A stretch of 64,000 nt of DNA. Origin: an uncultured Methanosarcinales archaeon (lineage in GTDB: Archaea; Halobacteriota; Methanosarcinia; Methanotrichales; Methanotrichaceae). The notes beneath the pieces were generated by a model. It saw only the letters and a list, made by a program, of their open reading frames with translations. It did not search any database and was not told the origin of the DNA. Shown here in pieces: positions 63,003 through 64,000 of this stretch; position 1 is the stretch's first letter, and each line of letters begins with the position of its first letter. The stretch lies in the NCBI GenBank assembly GCA_963843555.1, contig CAWJKV010000014.1, positions 96,001 to 160,000 of the forward strand. The letters are read 5' to 3'. A program made the translations under genes and the position numbers.

Positions 63003-63365
63003 CTATGAGCTTCGTCTTCCATCATCCTGGTGAGATATGGTTAGGTGCGTATTTATCTTCGCGTAATCCCTGGATGCATCAAATCTGTGATGGAGATAAG
63101 ATCTCCAGGAGTTGGATATCATTTTCGCCTTTTCCATGGAGAGCAATAGAAATTCACCTGTCTTAATTCGCTCAACAAAGCTCTGCTGGGATAGGATGGC
63201 AAAGACCAGGCGGCTCCGCGGCATAGGAAAATTGCAGTTTGGACAATGTGGTATTGTCTGGATATAATAAATCAAATAGAAGATGCCTAAACCACAAATG
63301 AACCCTTTCCAGGTAAAGTACGTCTTCGGCTTTACATTCTCCCGGCAACTTCCACAAAGTACCAT
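63003..63365 (-). CDS. LITAF-like zinc-ribbon membrane protein
   Basis: CGSC, a hydrophobic segment, then CPNC; GAGG RBS before MVLCGSC. Confidence 0.55.
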   Translation of the reverse strand: MVLCGSCRENVKPKTYFTWKGFICGLGIFYLIYYIQTIPHCPNCNFPMPRSRLVFAILSQQSFVERIKTGEFLLLSMEKAKMISNSWRSYLHHRFDASRDYAKINTHLTISHQDDGRRSS

Positions 63366-63813
63366 ATATCCTCGACCTAATTTTACCAATATATGCATTT
63401 GGTGTATGATGACTATTCGCTGAAGCGCACCAGGAGGGAAGATGAGGCGCTTCAGCATGGGGTTTCAAATAGCATATTACCCCATTGTTTAACAATATTG
63501 AAATATCGCTAAATGTATTTAAGATATATGACACAAATTAAGTTTTTATAGCACAAAGGGCGAACAAAAGATGCCTATCATTATTTTCAGATGTTTTTGA
63601 TACATTGATACATTTAAAAGATTGTTTTAAAATGCGAGTGTGGAGGAGAGGATAACCGGGCCCTTTCGCATTCAGAGGTCAAGCAGTAGCGCATATATCG
63701 GGAGGCATAACCATTGGCTCCGGCCATCAGCGCCCGCCCGAGCCCGGGCCATATTCCTGGCCATACCGCCCCACGCCATCTTGTTCTGCCTAAGTCTCGA
63801 GCAATGAATATTT

Positions 63814-64000
63814 TCATCGTCCTGCCATATGAACATGCTTGTGCTCTTTTTCATGGTCGTGCAGATGCTCATGCACCAGCTTGCCGTGAATATGCATATG
63901 CTCATGAATCAAATTTGAGGCCATGAGGAGCTCATAATCGCATAGTACTGTCTTGACGTTGTCATCCATTTTAACCGTATGATCCTCGCCCATGACAATG
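63814..64000 (-). CDS. C-terminus of a probable ECF/ABC metal-transport ATPase (CbiO/NikO-like) with a His-rich tail (5' end off window)
   Basis: Frame reads IVMGEDHTV...VLCDYELLMASNLIHEHMHIHGKLVHEHLHDHEKEHKHVHMAGR*. Confidence 0.6.
   Translation of the reverse strand, partial: IVMGEDHTVKMDDNVKTVLCDYELLMASNLIHEHMHIHGKLVHEHLHDHEKEHKHVHMAGR

Noticed and set aside
63614..63817. 67-aa ORF MKIFIARDLG... overlapping the ATPase stop
   Set aside because: The ATGA overlap suggests coupling, but the product has no recognisable motif and may be a decayed remnant.
1..64000. Transposases, integrases, prophage structural genes, reverse transcriptases, tRNA or rRNA genes
   Set aside because: No diagnostic motifs were found in the ORF track or by reading the intergenic sequence.

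Overview
Archaeal chromosomal DNA, most consistent with a Methanothrix-like methanogen. The archaeal origin follows from Alba, AglJ, membrane-bound LonB, CDC48, an HSR1/Phr-type regulator, FmdE and archaeal RNase P RNA; the genus is an inference from gene content and secreted protein families. Left part (1-24 kb): partial MgtA, a papain-like protease with PKD repeats, a bacterial-type hybrid histidine kinase, a GMC oxidoreductase, a large Ig-repeat adhesin, several lineage-specific secreted proteins and a perfect (ATCATAAG)24 array. Middle: two unexplained structured intergenic elements (24.6-24.9 kb), a proteostasis cluster (regulator-cdc48-lonB-tldD) with HSR1-like operators, an ATPase plus TPR two-gene module whose near-identical repeats vary mainly at a two-residue site, and a radical SAM gene pair. 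Right: a two-gene surface system with CWB2-like repeats, a GHL10-like barrel and a gingipain (C25)-like domain, then aglJ, a phosphomutase, albA, rlmE, rnpB, uvrB and ogg. Many genes are split by single-base indels in patches, most likely long-read consensus errors. No CRISPR array, rRNA, tRNA or transposase was seen. All domain calls are by-eye motif recognition; no database searches were run.
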